DNA from: Escherichia coli
GTDB taxonomy: Bacteria; Pseudomonadota; Gammaproteobacteria; Enterobacterales; Enterobacteriaceae
DNA length: 64,000 bases
Assembly (NCBI RefSeq): GCF_044324785.1
Contig: NZ_CP172127.1
Direction: 5' to 3' (one strand)
Part shown: positions 63,008-64,000 of the stretch, one piece after another
Layout of the letters: the number at the start of each line of letters is the position of its first letter
Position numbering within the stretch: the first letter of the stretch is position 1
Notes under the pieces: generated by a model
What the model saw: the letters and a program-made list of their open reading frames with translations, nothing else
Database searches by the model: none
What the model was told of the DNA's origin: nothing
Program-made: the position numbers and the translations under genes

Positions 63008-63071
63008 TCTCGGTTTCCAAAAACTGTTCGCCTGTTACCCGCTCTCTTTCAAGCAAGGGAAACGCAGATGT

Positions 63072-63500
63072 TTAGATAGGCTGCGTCATTAAACCAACCG
63101 ATTTCACACCCGCACTATGTAACAAGTTCAGTGCTTTAATTATTTCATCGTAAGGCACATCTTTTGCGCCACCGATCAGAAAGACCGTTTTCGGGTTGGC
63201 CTTGAAACGGCTGGACACTTCCGCCACCACCTGCTCTGGTGGTAAACGCTCCAGGCGATCTTTCTCAACCACCACGGTGTACTGACCAATACCAGACACT
63301 TCAACAATCACTGGCGGATTATCGTTACTGCTCACCGCCTGTGATTCAGTAGCGTCTGGCAGATCGACCTCCACGCTCTGGGTGATGATGGGCGCTGTCG
63401 CCATAAAGATCAGCAACAGCACCAGCAGTACGTCCAGCAACGGTACAATGTTGATTTCGGACTTGAGATCGCGACGACCCCGTCCACGCGCTCTGGCCAT
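63072..63500 (-). CDS. tolR: Tol-Pal system protein TolR
   Basis: 142-aa ORF; synteny. Confidence 0.95.
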   Translation of the reverse strand: MARARGRGRRDLKSEINIVPLLDVLLVLLLIFMATAPIITQSVEVDLPDATESQAVSSNDNPPVIVEVSGIGQYTVVVEKDRLERLPPEQVVAEVSSRFKANPKTVFLIGGAKDVPYDEIIKALNLLHSAGVKSVGLMTQPI

Positions 63501-63503
63501 GGC

Positions 63504-64000
<497 letters not shown>

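Overview
The window is a conserved Escherichia coli chromosomal segment, read in reverse orientation relative to the usual K-12 map. From left to right it carries ybiC, ybiB, dinG, rhlE, cecR-ybhGFSR, ybhQ, ybhP, clsB, ybhN, a disrupted ybhM, ybhL, moaEDCBA (reverse strand), ybhK, uvrB, the bio operon, ybhB, ybhC, ybhJ, ybhI, ybhH, ybhD, pgl, ybhA, modCBA, acrZ, modEF, galETKM, gpmA, aroG, ybgS, zitB, pnuC, nadA, a seven-gene tRNA-Lys/Val cluster, cpoB, pal, tolB, tolA, tolR and a partial tolQ. Gene identities rest on my recognition of the translated products and on synteny; no database search was run, and trimmed start codons are my own estimates.

Three accessory insertions interrupt this backbone: (1) a ParE-family toxin gene translationally coupled to an unusually long upstream partner sits between rhlE and dinG, where K-12 has ybiA, and this is the best candidate for an undescribed system; (2) an IS200/IS605-family element with apparently intact tnpA and tnpB splits ybhM; (3) the 3' part of an IS200 copy lies at the left edge next to ybiC.

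I also mark known-type regulatory sites (LexA boxes, bioO, galOE/OI, ModE, TyrR, Fur and NadR boxes), a Moco riboswitch candidate, an ERIC element, REP elements, and degenerate tRNA-Lys 3'-end stubs in the tRNA spacers. No CRISPR array or rRNA gene was seen.
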